A stretch of DNA of 63,705 nucleotides, counting the filler, from Octopus bimaculoides (Eukaryota): assembly GCF_001194135.2 (NCBI RefSeq). It is 7 parts of 7 records of this genome, joined end to end, with 100 filler letters (N's around TTAATTAATTAA, not from the genome) between each part and the next. Parts side by side here need not be neighbours in the genome. Positions count along the whole stretch, not along the records: positions 62,664 to 63,705 come from NW_026297848.1; 6 more parts are not named here. One strand, given 5' to 3'. Both the position numbers and the translations under genes were made by a program. Shown here one piece after another: positions 62,664 to 63,705 of the stretch. The notes beneath the pieces were generated by a model. The model saw only the letters and a program-made list of their open reading frames with translations. It was not told the DNA's origin and ran no database searches. Positions within the stretch are counted from its first letter, which is position 1. Every line of letters begins with the position of its first letter.

Positions 62664-63705
62664 ACTTACGTACGGGAGTACGTACGTCCGTGCGAACATA
62701 TACGTACGTGCGACCGTACGTACGTGCGTACGTACATATGCGTACGTAGATATACGTACGTCCGTACTTACGTAAGTACATAACGTGCGTGTGTACGTAC
62801 ATACATACATATACGTACGTGCGTACATACATATACTTGCGTACGTAATTACGTAGATACATATACGTACGTGCGTTCTTACATACATATACGTACGTGC
62901 GTTCGTAAGTACGTACGTACTTATATACGTACGTAAGAACGTACATACGTATATGTACGTGCGTAAGTACGTACGTACATACATATACGTGCGTACGTAC
63001 GTACATATATACATATAATTACGTGCGTGCGCGCATACGTGCGCGCATACGTAGGTACATACAAACATATACGTACCTGCGTACGTACATATACGTACGT
63101 ACATACATATACGTACGTGCGTACGTACGTACATACATATACGTACGGACGTACGTACATATACGTACGTGCGTGCGTACGTACATACATATACGTAAGT
63201 GTGTACTTACATATATGTCCGTGCGTACGTACGTACATACATACATATACGTAAGTGTGTACGTACATATATGTCCTTGCGTACGTACATACATACATAT
63301 ACGTAAGTGTGTACGTACATATATGTCCGTGCGTACGTACGTACACACATACATATACGTAAGTGTGTACGTACATATATGTCCGTGCGTACGTACGTAC
63401 ACACATACATATACGTAAGTGTGTACGTACATATTTGTCCGTGCGTACGTACGTACACACATACATATACGTAAGTGTGTACGTACATATATGTCCGTGC
63501 GTACGTACGTACACACATACATAAACGTAAGTGTGTACGTACACACATACATATACGTAAGTGTGTACGTACATATATGTCCGTGCGTACGTACGTACAC
63601 ACATATATATACGTAAGTGTGTACGCACATACATACATATACGTAAGTGTGTACTCACATACATACATATACGTAAGTGTGTACGCACATACATACAGAT
63701 ACGTA
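62664..63705. repeat. TACG/ACAT minisatellite with ~56-bp higher-order unit
   Basis: The unit acgtaagtgtgtacgtacatatatgtccgtgcgtacgtacgtacacacatacatat repeats from ~63180. Confidence 0.88.

Overview
Eukaryotic, AT-rich, microsatellite- and transposon-dense animal DNA. The SINE, LINE and microsatellite content suggests an octopod cephalopod; this is inference and no search was run. The window is not one locus. Six artificial 100-nt spacers (44 N + TTAATTAATTAA + 44 N) join seven separate sequence blocks, so adjacency across them is meaningless. Two host protein-coding genes are supported. (1) A bacterial-type M4 zinc metalloprotease of the vibriolysin/pseudolysin class with FTP, PepSY, M4 and PPC regions. 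Reading the sequence shows it is a two-exon spliced gene: a 49-nt exon at 24058-24106 supplies a eukaryotic signal peptide and splices in phase 1 across a 2464-nt, transposon-filled GT-AG intron onto one 1850-nt exon (26571-28420), giving 632 aa with intact catalytic residues. This is the main finding, a candidate domesticated horizontally transferred secreted protease. (2) A GT31 (beta-1,3-glycosyltransferase) catalytic exon with a degenerate DxD motif. The rest is mostly decayed mobile DNA: R4/Dong-like LINE ends inside (TAA)n tracts, Penelope remnants with hammerhead-like cores, RTE, CR1-like and Tx1-like LINE fragments, mariner, hAT, Helitron, a CsRn1-like Gypsy element with both LTRs, PBS, PPT and TSD, several SINE families, foldback hairpins and minisatellites. 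Most ORFs in the supplied track are microsatellite or N-gap artefacts.
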